A stretch of DNA of 64,000 bases from Bugula neritina (Eukaryota; Animalia; Bryozoa): positions 9,580,741-9,644,740 of the forward strand of contig OZ037768.1 of the NCBI GenBank assembly GCA_964035545.1. Reading direction: 5' to 3'. The number at the start of each line of letters is the position of its first letter. Position 1 is the stretch's first letter. Both the position numbers and the translations under genes were made by a program. Below, in pieces: positions 41,889 to 55,524 of this stretch. The notes beneath the pieces are model-generated. The model made no database searches and was not told the DNA's origin. It saw nothing but the letters and a program-made list of their open reading frames with translations.

Positions 41889-44096
41889 GTTATACCAACT
41901 AATTGCTGCTGAAATAGACAGCATGAAACTAATTTTTCAAAAGGCCTCAAACATAGATTCTAGACGCAATAACATGCTTGAGCCTAAACAATCACCTTGG
42001 CATATTATACACACACATAAGTCTTAAAATATATCGCCAAATAAAAAGGAAAAATTGTGGTAGAAGCTCTTACTGTCATCAGTTGCATACAACTTCAGTT
42101 TTGCTCAGTCATGAAAATGAGGAGAGCCAGTAGACTATAATTGTTTCTTCAACTTGTGAGCCTTCAAAATGTACAAAATTTGCTACTAACACCTATATCC
42201 TTGTAGAAATGAATATCTAGTTGTGGCTTTTGTAAGCACTAGTTTATGCATTATCTTCGCAACCGGAATTACAGTTTAGTTGGTTTATTTAAATCATGCC
42301 TTCAGAGAAGTAAATAAAGAATCGATACCTCTAGCAAACTGAAAGCCAAATAATGATTTTAAATAGTAACTAGAATATTAGAAGAAGTTTCAGCAGTATT
42401 GTTTTTTTTTTGTACAAACTAAACGATAGGACACATTGACCAGTAGATATCTTAAAATATTTCCTAAAAACCTTTAAAAATGAGTATATACGACATATGT
42501 GGTAATTTCCGGAAAGGAAACACTTTGACAAAAAGGCACAATTTCCAATACTGTTTCCTTTAAAGTTTAAAACATTGTGCATCAAAACACAGTTAACTAA
42601 TACTTTTTAGTATATTAATACATTCCATCACTTAATTGCATGTTTGTAAATCCTCAGCCTAATAATAAAAAACTAAGCGGTCATGTAGTTTTAGGTTTAG
42701 CTCGCTTTATCTTATAAATTAGTTTAGTTGTGAAATAGCTATATATACTATTTACATTTACTTGATTAAATAACTAGTATGCTAGGCAAGCAGTTGATAT
42801 GAAAAAGCTGTATGCGGCAGAAATAATAGTTGAAATCTGAGAGAGCTCCTTTCATTTCTGCTCTTAATAAGGTGCTTGAAAGGTTTGTATTAAATTGTTA
42901 TGTTAACAATAATTAAAAAAACCAATAAAAATGAAGATATTCACGTGTGTGTTAAATATCTTTATACTTTAATGTTCAGTCCAACAAAACATCAACTGAT
43001 TTGAAAGATGAGCTCTGTGTACATAAGTTGCTAAGTTTAACATAGCATTGCAAATATCCAAATTGAATATTTTATGCATATAACTTATAAGTAATGATTA
43101 CTTAATGAATAATGAATATGATAATGACTCAAAACTAAAAGTGCCCGAATGATCTCAAATTCTAAGATTTAGTTCAAACTAAGCTATACCACAACATTTT
43201 TAATGACTTGCATAAACTTATAGTAAGTAATACAATCACAGTGTTGCACTTACTTGGACTTAGTTAAGTTTAATGGCAAAACTAATTCTAATTGTATTAT
43301 AACAACTAAAAATTTGTAATATTTATATCACATTAATTGTAAACAAAAAACAAATCATATGCACATAATGATAATGATAATCATATTTGCAATATAAATC
43401 AAATGTAATGATAATTTAAAAATTAAATAGCAAAATCACTTTTGACAGCAATCATATAATATCAATTATATGAATAAATAAGTTATAAGACTCTACGACT
43501 ACGGTCACACTCACTGGTCACACATTTTGAAAATCAAAATGTACGAACTGGTCGTAGAACTAGATCAAGAAAGTAGTCTTATTAATAAAAAATTATATCT
43601 ATAATAATAATATTAATAAAATTAAGATATAATAATAATTATATGGTTGCTGTCAAAATCAAAACGAGAATCATTCACATTGTGATTGTGAATCCTATTT
43701 ACTAGAAGTTGATTGAGAAATGAGACTTAGACTAAGAGTAAAATCTAAATCCAAAGTTTAACCGTTAACGAGTAACTGAAACTTGAATTTAAAATAAAAA
43801 TAAGACTAAGAGAAACTCCAACTGAAGGTTAAAATTATAATGAAACTGAAAGTCAACGTGGTCAAACTTGAATAAACAGCAACACTAACTGAACTGAATA
43901 AGAATTTGTAAAGGAAATGATGCGTGTGATTCATTTTATTACTTTAGTTTTTAAATGCGCATATAAACAACGAGTACTGGTACACTTGATAACTAAAATT
44001 TCACAGTAAACTAATTGATCGTGGGCTGGTTTACAAGCAATAGAAAAGCTTGCGACAACGAATTAATGTTGCATTTTAGTAGAATTCGCTAGTAGT

Positions 44097-44180
44097 CCAG
44101 GAACATTGGTATAAAAGCATGACGTCATCTTCTCCATATATGGTAGAAATACTTCTGGTTGTAAGAACATCAGCCAATGA
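44097..44180 (-). promoter_or_regulatory. Candidate Elk promoter/enhancer: CRE + CArG + CCAAT + ETS-like cluster
   Basis: CAGGAA 44098-44103; ATTGG (reverse CCAAT) 44105-44109; palindromic ATGACGTCAT 44119-44128; perfect CArG CCATATATGG 44134-44143; ACTTCTGGT 44151-44159 (one mismatch to the ETS consensus); AGCCAATGA 44172-44180. It lies about 2.2 kb upstream of the first coding exon, which has its own splice acceptor. Confidence 0.6.
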
Positions 44181-44339
44181 GAGTTTGAGTCAAACAGCGT
44201 ATCAATTTCATAGATTTATAGTAAATTTAGTAAAATTTGCCTGCTGGACTTATGTATTGAAACTTTGCAGTGGCATTCAGTATAGTTTTTTATTTATTGA
44301 TAAATGTGATATTATTTTTATTCAATTTGATGCAAATAA

Positions 44340-44620
44340 TCATAATATAAATTATTATAATTTATAAATCTATTAAATTTAGTTTTAATATTAATATTAT
44401 AATTATATTAATTTAAAAATATTATTAATAGGCATTAATAATAATATTAATTATTAATATTTATAATTTAATATTATAATTATTTATTATTAATGTATAA
44501 TTAATAATTATGTATTGAATATAATTAATAATAATATTATTAATGTTATTATTATTAGATTTACTTAGTCTTATTAATAAATAATATTATTATACGTAAT
44601 TACTAATCTTATTTTTTATT
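44340..44620. repeat. A/T-only low-complexity tract (TAA/TAT)
   Basis: Directly visible. Confidence 0.85.
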
Positions 44621-44779
44621 TTAAATTTATTTTCGCCTTTTCGGTTTTTCTACGGCCACAGTTGACTTTGTAATACTAATTGCTTAACTTGGCATCATCA
44701 TAGTCATAGAGTGATACTGATAGACGATAGTGATAGTGTCAGTGATACTCATACTGATAGTCATACTGTGGTAAAATTA

Positions 44780-45106
44780 TGTTGTGTGTGTGTGTCCTTG
44801 GTTGCCGAGATCGGCACTTCGGTCCCCCGAAACACCGATATGCCGATTCTCGGCATATCGGACTACCGAAGTGCCGAGATGCCAATTCGGCATTTCGGAT
44901 TCCTGAAGTGCCGATATTCGGCATTTCGGGCCTCCGATCTCGGCAACAAAGGAATGTCTTTGTCCTGCGTGTATATAAAAGCCAGCGAGTTTCAGTGTAG
45001 ATTCAGTCTACTACTGGAGCTCGCTAGACACAGACTACTGGATCATTCGGACTACAATAAAGCTACCTTACCTTTTACCTTATTTCTCGCCTTGTTTCTC
45101 ATAACA
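44780..45106 (+). mobile_element. Probable solo LTR (327 bp) containing a GC-rich multi-hairpin segment
   Basis: Starts TGTTGTG and ends CATAACA (6/7 inverted match, TG...CA). TATATAAAA 44972-44980, initiator-like TCAGT at 45003 and AATAAA 45056-45061 fall in U3-R-U5 order. No TSD, PBS or polypurine tract is seen. Confidence 0.55.
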
Positions 45107-45164
45107 AGCATGTAAAGCACTAGTTTCATTCATAACCCACAAAACTATCACAATACACTTGCAT

Positions 45165-45986
45165 TTTACATGGTCAGTTGATTGGAAAATCATAATACCT
45201 TTCAATGAGGGTAAATGCAAAATCATAGCTTTTACTTTTAGCAATCAAAATTACAGGCCTCGTACAAGTAGAGATGGTTTGGGTAAACACAGCAACATAA
45301 CTGGGGGTTGTAATACAGTCAAACCTTAAATTTGACAATCTATTTTACCTAAAAAAGATTAAGCCTCAAAACTTCTGGGAGCAATTAAATCTTAAATCAA
45401 TAAATGAAGCCCCTAGAGAAGGTAAGCTACTGGCTTACACTAGTTTGTGCCGTCCCATTCTCGAGTATGCAGATGCCTCGTGGGATCCAACATTAGCTAA
45501 ATACATTGAGTCTCTGGAAAGGCTACAGCACAGGGCGGTTAGGTTTATTGCTGGATTGAAGGACAAGAAAGTGTCACCGAGGCATGCTCTCAGCTTGGCC
45601 TTTAGCCTCTCAAACAGAGACGCAGAACTCACTGACCTTATTTCTTTATAAAAATTCTGCAGGAAGAAAAACACTCAATATTGGCAATGGCGTACGATGA
45701 AATCACATGAGATTGCTAAAATTTGGCAGTAACCACTAGGTCTGCTGCTCGCGGTGAACTAACATCTATATATGCAAACTCACAAGTATACGATGGTAGT
45801 TTCTTACCAAAAACCACTAGAGACACCAGAGGGTCCATATAAAAAAGTTCCAAAAAATTCAACACAATTACCACTTAACCTGTAGTAGACACTGTAAAAT
45901 AAATGAGGCACTTCTACAACCTTGAGTGTTTCCAAGTGTTCTATGCCTTCAAAGGTATTCAAAGCTAAGGTATACAGTTACAGTTA
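45165..45986 (+). mobile_element. 5'-truncated, frameshifted non-LTR retrotransposon (CR1/L2-like reverse transcriptase C-terminal part plus 3' end)
   Basis: Broken frames give, in order, WSVDWK..FNEGKCKI, LGVVIQSNLKFD, AYTSLCRPILEYADASWDP...LERLQHRAVRFI and SFLPKTTR, typical of CR1-group ORF2 C-termini. It ends in a short tandem tail TACAGTTACAGTTA. Confidence 0.85.
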
Positions 45987-47079
45987 TTGTTCATGTTTAA
46001 ATTTAGTTTTACTATAAGTATATCTTATACTTATAGTTATACACAATACATGTAATACTAATTAAATAATACACTGTAAATTAAAAGGAAACTAAACAAT
46101 TAGGCTAACAATACAAAAGTGGATAATATTATTATTAATAATAATAATAATACAACGATACAACTCCACCTAGCTTTATTTCAGGGCTAATCTACTTCTA
46201 ATAGTAATACTAATAGTAATAGAGTGCATATAAGACTACATTGTTAATCCTAGTAAAATAAACCTCTGCCTAGGGAAAATTTGGTTAAACTGCTAAAAAA
46301 ATTAAGCATTCCCAAGCCCAAGGTGTTCAGTTTAGCTGACTGGTTATTAGCTCTGCTCTGACAGTGACTTTTGCTATTTAGATTTTTATAGCTGTTGCAA
46401 CAGTAAAATTTTCCAAAATAGTTAAATTGGAGTATAACCTTATTAGGTTGACTGTTTTACCAACTATGAAATGGTATTTTATGTCTAGTAAAACTAATAC
46501 AGTTTAGTAGTTGAAATAAAAATATCTGCCTACTTGCATATCTGTAAGAATCTGGATTTTTTAATAAGCCTAGGAGTCAAGTTTCAAGAACTAAAGTTGA
46601 TATGGTGAACAAAGGATTTATTTCACATATTCTTAGACACTTTTTAAAATTGTCTTTTCTTGACAAGCTTTATTTTCCCCATTAAATGCTGTATTGTATA
46701 ATATGAAAAATAAACGTCTGCAATTTATTTACTGTGAAAATCATCAACTGTATTCAGCTAGTTGTATGCTGACAAAAACTTAGAGCAGTTTATTTATTCC
46801 ATATTATAGAAAAAATGAGATTTATATATAATTATTATGATACTAGTAAATGACAAAATAATAGAATCAATAAAAGTCACTAATTGATACAAAATTTTAC
46901 AAAATACCAAGCAGAAGCTACAGCTTCACTATGATTCTATAACAAACTACTGCTCTCCTTGTTGAAACTGTACCTGTTAAATGACCACAAATACGATATT
47001 TCATTTACCTAAGCAGAAACAATATTGGTAGTATTTATATCAAGTTTTGAAACCTTTTCAAAGTACATAGTAGCCTACA

Positions 47080-47162
47080 GACCTTTTTTATGGTACTAAC
47101 CTTATTTATGGTGAAAACCTTTTTTATGCTACAAACTTCATTTATGCTATGAACATCATTTA
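47080..47162. repeat. Degenerate ~18-bp minisatellite (AACCTTWTTTATGSTA..), about 4.5 copies
   Basis: Units ACCTTTTTTATGGTACT, AACCTTATTTATGGTGAA, AACCTTTTTTATGCTACA, AACTTCATTTATGCTATG, AACATCATTTA. Confidence 0.8.
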
Positions 47163-47905
47163 AATATTGGATCTAATCACATGCAAACAGTTACCCATCA
47201 ATGTTTTGACAGTAACATTTCTCAAATAGGAAACAGTCTACAACAGTGGAAATACATAGTACAATACAAATACAAATTTGCAAACATTGCATTTGTCTAT
47301 GAATTTTTATAATCTAAATTTTTCCACCTTTTAAGCCCTGTGAAAATGAGTGATCATAAATTTGTTTTATTTTGAATATTGTAATTCCTACTTCATCCTT
47401 ACTGTCATTCTTACCACTAGTATGCGATGTGTGAATAAAATGCAGGTAGACAGGTGCAATTCCTGAGTGGTTAAATATTTGACCAAATTAGAACTACCTG
47501 TGTTTACATCTTGGCCTTGCGATGTACTCTGTGAATCTAAACAATTATCTATGTATTATGAGCAATGTAGTTCAATTTTAGGTTATTGTGTTTACCTTAG
47601 TTTTTAATTATTTAAAGAAGGTATGGGAATAAAATTACAGGACAAAATATCATGTTGATGCATTTGAAAAAGGGAAAAAAATATATTTGTTGGCAGAAAT
47701 AAACTATTTTAACCGGTAAAGGTAACTGCAAGTCTAAATTTTAAAGCGTACTTCTTGCTTTATGAATTTTAATTAACATCTTTGTCATAAAATAGGTTCC
47801 CTCGAAAAACAACTCCTTTGTGTTTATAGTCACCATCCTTGTAGGTTCTTGCAGAAAGCTGTTACTATAAGCAAATGTATAGAACTCGGAAGAAGACTTT
47901 TTAGT

Positions 47906-47947
<42 letters not shown>

Positions 47948-48074
47948 TATATGTGCACTCGTCAGATAAATTTGCCACTATAGTGGCAAATTTATCTGAC
48001 GAGTGCACATGGTTTTTGTGTACGAAACTACTAGTAATAAATGCCATTATATTAATCAAATCTCATTTTATTTC

Positions 48075-48164
<90 letters not shown>

Positions 48165-48291
48165 AAGTAAAAAAAAATGATATATGCTGATAACAGAGGG
48201 GGCTCTGTTTATAGGCCCTCTATGGTATCGAAATATACCAAATGCATATAAGCCCCCTATGAGCAGCCCCCTATGAAACCACATTTAAGAA

Positions 48292-48338
<47 letters not shown>
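47906..48338. repeat. Three (TA)n tracts interleaved with two short unique segments, one beginning with a perfect 60-bp palindrome
   Basis: (TA)n at about 47906-47952, 48080-48162 and 48296-48338; palindrome at 47951-48010. Confidence 0.92.
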
Positions 48339-48341
<3 letters not shown>

Positions 48342-48908
48342 GAACGTTACGTCAAAAGTTATATATGGTTTAGAGATTTAGTATTACTTGAAAATTTTAT
48401 GTATATAATATTAGCAAAGTTAACCCAATTATTAAGTAAGCTCATTTTTTTGTCAAAATATATAAATATACACCTTATCCTCACCTACCTCCACTCTGTC
48501 ATCTGCTCTGTTCAAGTAGCAGGGAAAATATATAAATATACATATGCATGTATTTATACATATTATACACACATACACATGCATATATAGTATATTTTAT
48601 ATAATATATATAGTATATTTTATATAATATACACATGACATTACATATGAGCACGATATTATTTTTAGATAACCTGCATATTACTTTTTTCAAAAGCAAT
48701 ATAACTATATACTATGGAAACGCCGTGGTAGTGTATGCCTCCTCTTCACTACAGCTTTTAATTGACTGCTTTTTAAAAATTATGCTGTTAATATATCAAT
48801 CAAGCGATACTAGTCATAGTGTTGAAGAGTTATCTCCTTAATCGCACTATTCCGAAACGTTTTCCAAATAGCTACCCCATTAAATTTAGACTTCATAGTG
48901 GAACCGGA

Positions 48909-50933
<2,025 letters not shown>

Positions 50934-51052
50934 GAACCGGAGGGCGAGGCGTTTTGTTTGTTTGTCAGCGATAACAGAATCATTTTCATAGTGACTGATC
51001 TCCTGCAAAATTCATTACTTCACAAGTACTTGCTAAGTGTATCAACGACAAA

Positions 51053-54000
51053 ATGTCTACTGCGTTAGTTTTAAATTTCTTCGAAAGAAACAAAAACTGC
51101 TTTGCAATTTTTGGTGGAGTGGTGTCTTGTATTATAGGAGCAAAATTGTGCTTGCATATTTTGAAAGGAATTCGTTCATTCTTCTTAGCTCCTCTGTTGA
51201 AACTTGGTGTCAATCCCAAAACATTGGGCTCATGGGCTATTGTTACTGGTGCAACGGATGGAATAGGTAAATAAACTAGATGCAGATATTTTATTGTTAA
51301 CCTTGGTACTTTTTAAGCCGTTTATTTTTACTATTAAAATATTTGTTCACAGTTCAAAGTATGCACCCACAGCTTGTAGTTGTAGTTGTACTAGTAGTAG
51401 TTGTACATGTAGTTATACTTATTGTACTAGTAACGACCAGTAAGAGTATTGCTATGACTATGAATATATGATATTTTAAATGTGAATGAATGAATATGAT
51501 ACGTTAAATAATAAATTTAATCATTAATATTCTTATACTATTAGTATTACTAGTATAAGTATATCAAATTCAAAGTGTCATATTGTCAATGTAATTGTCA
51601 ATTAGTATTACTATTATTAATATTATAACTTTAAGTATTAGTTTAAGTATGAGTAGTACTAATAGTAATACTATTACTATTAGTATTAGTATTACTTTTA
51701 GAATTAGTATTACTGTTAGTAAGAATAATACTAAATTATCTAATAATATAAACATAGTTTATTAATTATTAGTTTGCCAGTTGCTAGCCAAGTAATGGAA
51801 GCTAGACCTGTACTGTATGCATAAAAATTTGTCGAGTTTGTATTTTAGTCAATGCAAAAACAAACTTAAGGAAAGCAAATAAAATTGAGTAGCTAAATTT
51901 ATTTTTTATAATCTGAAATGATAAATATATGCCTAATTATAATGAGCTGCAATTTGGAATGCTGTTGATATGATGAAATGTAATAAGTTGACTTGATATA
52001 TAGATAAAAAACACCATCATATAGTTGTGCAAAAGCCAATGGTCGTCGCAAACAACACATGGTGAGTGAACAAGCATTAAACTTCTAGACCCTAAAATTG
52101 AGATGAGAGACATTTTACACCATCAGTCACATTTTTCATTTGCATTATAATAGACTGTGAAGCACAATTTTAGCCCAGGTTATGATAATTAGAATGAGTT
52201 CTAGTGCTTACTATAGTTAACATGGATATTATTGCCATTGGTGCATTATTTTATGATAAGTTACTACGTCTTGCTTGCTCTTTAAATAAATTTGCTTGAA
52301 TAGGTACTAAAAGTTTTGTATGTGAAATCGTGATGGTTGATAACTTGCCAGGCTTTAAATAAAGTAGTGGTAGAATTGTAACTTTTGAGGCATGCTACAG
52401 TTATCTGAAAATTTTTAGTGCCAAGTATTTTTTATTATGGTGATGCAACTATTTTTTAGCTTCATCTAGTCTTAAATTTTTAACCTGAATAATTTTTGAA
52501 GTCCACAATTTTAGTTTTAAATTCTTCTTGCTTTTGTTTACTCTAATTTGAATTCAACTGGGACATTGTGAAATTGTCAATGAATACTTATAGCAATGCA
52601 TATAATGTATACTTACTGTGCTCCTAAATGCACCTAGTTGAAAAAAGAAACTTAACTCTTGATTTAAATAAAATAAAAAATATGGGGTTGGTAAAATTGG
52701 TAAAAAAATTTCAACAACTGGAAAACCTTTCAATTGTAAAGCATTTTAAAAGTAACAGGATTTGTATTTATTCTTAAACTTTAACTACCGTTCTATATTA
52801 ACAACCACTGACATTAACTAATTGCATTGATAAATCTTATATATTCACCGTGTTACAGAAAAGTAGTTCTCACCAACTACTTTGGTGAAAGTTCGCAAAC
52901 ACTCAGTTCATTAGATATTTTGCAGTATGTTCATAGCTTATGATTAGTATGGAATCAGGAGAGCTTTAAATTATACTATATTTATTATATAATACAATAT
53001 GAAATAAAAATAGGTATAATATTACCTGCATCTGTCAAAGCATGTGGTAGAAAACTTGTGTGGCAACAAACTGATTCTACTTATGTAATAAAATTGTTGT
53101 AAACGAAGTTTTTCTAGGGAAATCTTGAATAAAGCATAAGGCTGCTACTGCGACTAAGAATTTTCTAGAAAATAGATGATTTACTAATGCAACAGTTTAC
53201 AACATCACATTGATCATTACTTCAGTCTATGTCACGTATACACACAAGTAATGTGTGATATTGTACAGCTGTGTGACACACTAGCTATGTTTATAATATT
53301 GTGTACATTTTTAGCTAGGCTCAGATTTGGTTCAGTTAGTAAACCTGTGAAATGATGAAGTGTTTTTTTCTCACAGCAATAAAAATGCTAACACCACCAT
53401 TTTAAAATATTATGAAGCAACTTCGAAAATCTTAGCTTAAAAAATTGTCAATTCGCCAAGTTTAGACTTCAAACTTTCTTGCTTGTCAAATACACCCTAA
53501 GTTATGCTCATCTTGTCTAAATAAAATATAATTTCAAACACTTCTACATCTAAAGCTAAAGACAACAAAAACTCCATAATAATATTTCAACTTGTAAACC
53601 TAAAAAGTTTGCCTTTTTTCAGGTAAAGCCTATGCTATTGCCTTAGCGAAGAAGGGTATGAACATCGTGCTCATTAGTAGAACAGACAGTAAACTCACTG
53701 CTACTGCTGAGGAGATTAAGTCCATAGCTGAGGTGCGAACCAAATGTGTGTCAATTGATTTCTCCGAAGGCATTGAAATATACAAATCTATCGAGGATGC
53801 TTTAGAAGGGTTAGATATTGGAGTTCTTGTGAATAATGTCGGTGCTTCATACGACTACCCAGAATTCTTTCATCAGCTTCCTGACGGGTGAGTAGTTGAT
53901 AAATAAAACTACTGTGCTTTATTGTAGGGTTTTTAATGTACTAAACTGTTCACCGATAATATATGAAACATTACTTGTTGCCAATTCCATTAAAAATTAA

Positions 54001-54784
54001 AACTTATCATTACAACTATGGATGGTACTATACCATTTAACGATTATCTACGAAGCATTATTACTAATTCCATATAAAATTTAGTTGTTTCAAATTTTTT
54101 CTGCAGAAAGAACATGATGAAGAAAATTCTCAACATCAATATATTTTCTGTAACATACATGACATCCATTGTACTTCCCAAAATGGTGGACAAGCGTAAA
54201 GGTGCAATCGTGAATGTGGGATCAGCATCTTGTTTTGGATTTCCTCTCCTCACTGTCTACTCCGCTACTAAGGCCTATGTTCATTCTTTCTCTCAAAATC
54301 TTGCTGCAGAATATTCTGACAAAGGTATGTTGTAAATGTTATTAGATATTATAACAAATGAGGCTTTTGGTTGTTCACGCATAGGCATATTTATTTTACT
54401 TTAATAATGCTGGTACATTATTAAGTTCGAAAAATCAATCATTTAAAAAATAATTTAAGTTGCAGTTGATAATTAGTTGCTGGTGAAAAAGGTAGTGTTT
54501 TAATTTTAGGAATCATTGTTCAATCAGTATTCCCTCATCATGTTTCAACAAAGATGTCAAAAATGCGCCCATCATTTTCTTCTCCTACTGCTACTAAGTA
54601 TGCAAACTCGCTCCTCGCTACACTGGGAGTTGAAGCGGAGACTACTGGATGTTTTTCCCATTGGCTAATAGGTTCCTTTGCGCATGATCTTTTGTCCCGA
54701 AATTTGCTTTTCATAGGGGCTAAGTCCATGGCTTTAAATGTTAGATCGAGGGCTTTGAAAAGAAAAGCTGCTAAAAAAGAATAA
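51053..54784 (+). CDS. HSD17B12: Very-long-chain 3-oxoacyl-CoA reductase / 17-beta-HSD12-like SDR, isoform with proximal terminal exon 4a (about 323 aa)
   Basis: Exons 51053-51266, 53623-53887, 54107-54324 and 54510-54784. N-terminal hydrophobic segment, WAIVTGATDGIGKAYA (TGxxxGxG), NIVLISR, LDIGVLVNNVG, catalytic Ser and YSATK, Lys-rich tail RKAAKKE*. AATAAA at 54910 and 54943. Confidence 0.92.
51370..51775. repeat. TAG/TAT/TAC low-complexity tract at the start of HSD17B12 intron 1
   Basis: Directly visible degenerate trinucleotide repeats. Confidence 0.8.
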
Positions 54785-55240
54785 CTACATTTCCTATCTA
54801 CTAGATGTGTGAATTTGATTAGACTAGCTTGACTTTATATCACTATTGCTTATTTACTGTTATATTAGAAACATTTCATGATATTTGTTGTAACTTGTAA
54901 CTAAATTTGAATAAAACATTTTAGCATTCGTTTTTTATAATCAATAAAGTTATTAATTCATCAAAATATTGCTTTTTAATACAGCATTCTGTCAATGCAA
55001 GTTATATATTCATATTAATTTTAACTACTATAGTATTACAAAAATTAGAACCAAGAAGTCATTCTAAAGTTTCAACAATTGTTTCATTTGGTCAGATGGA
55101 ATAAAAAGGTAATTAAGTTGTCAATAGTAGATCATGGACATACAATTGCTACATGTTCACTGTAATGCATATTATGTGCAATACAAATTGTGCAGACAAA
55201 TCCTAATTTCATTTTAGTGTTGGTTATGTTACCCTTTCAG

Positions 55241-55524
55241 GTATTATCATACAGTCACTCATGCCAGGATTTATTACAACAAAACTTTCTGGAATCAAAA
55301 GATCTTCACTGTTTGTTCCCACACCAGATGTGTATGTAAATTGTGCCATTGAGAGTATTGGTAATGATTCTGCAACATATGGTTACTGGTCTCATAGCTT
55401 AATGATGTTATGCATCAGCTTAATTAAAATGATGCCGAGATCATTTTACTTGCCGAAGTATCTTAGAGCAATGGAGAATCAAGGCAAAATGAACAAGGAG
55501 AGGAAAGCAGCAAAGAAACAATGA
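55241..55524 (+). CDS. HSD17B12: Second, paralogous terminal exon (4b) of the HSD17B12-like gene; isoform about 326 aa
   Basis: Acceptor CCCTTTCAG|GT is in the same phase as exon 4a. Open frame GIIIQSLMPGFITTKLSGIKRSSLFVPTPDVYVNCAIESIG...TYGYWSHSLM...RKAAKKQ*; AATAAA at 55570. No copies of exons 1-3 lie between 4a and 4b. Confidence 0.85.

Noticed and set aside
44795-44953. Possible CRISPR-like repeat-spacer array
   Set aside because: The repeats are 12 bp, alternate in orientation and have 2-10 bp spacers; the context is eukaryotic and no cas genes are present.
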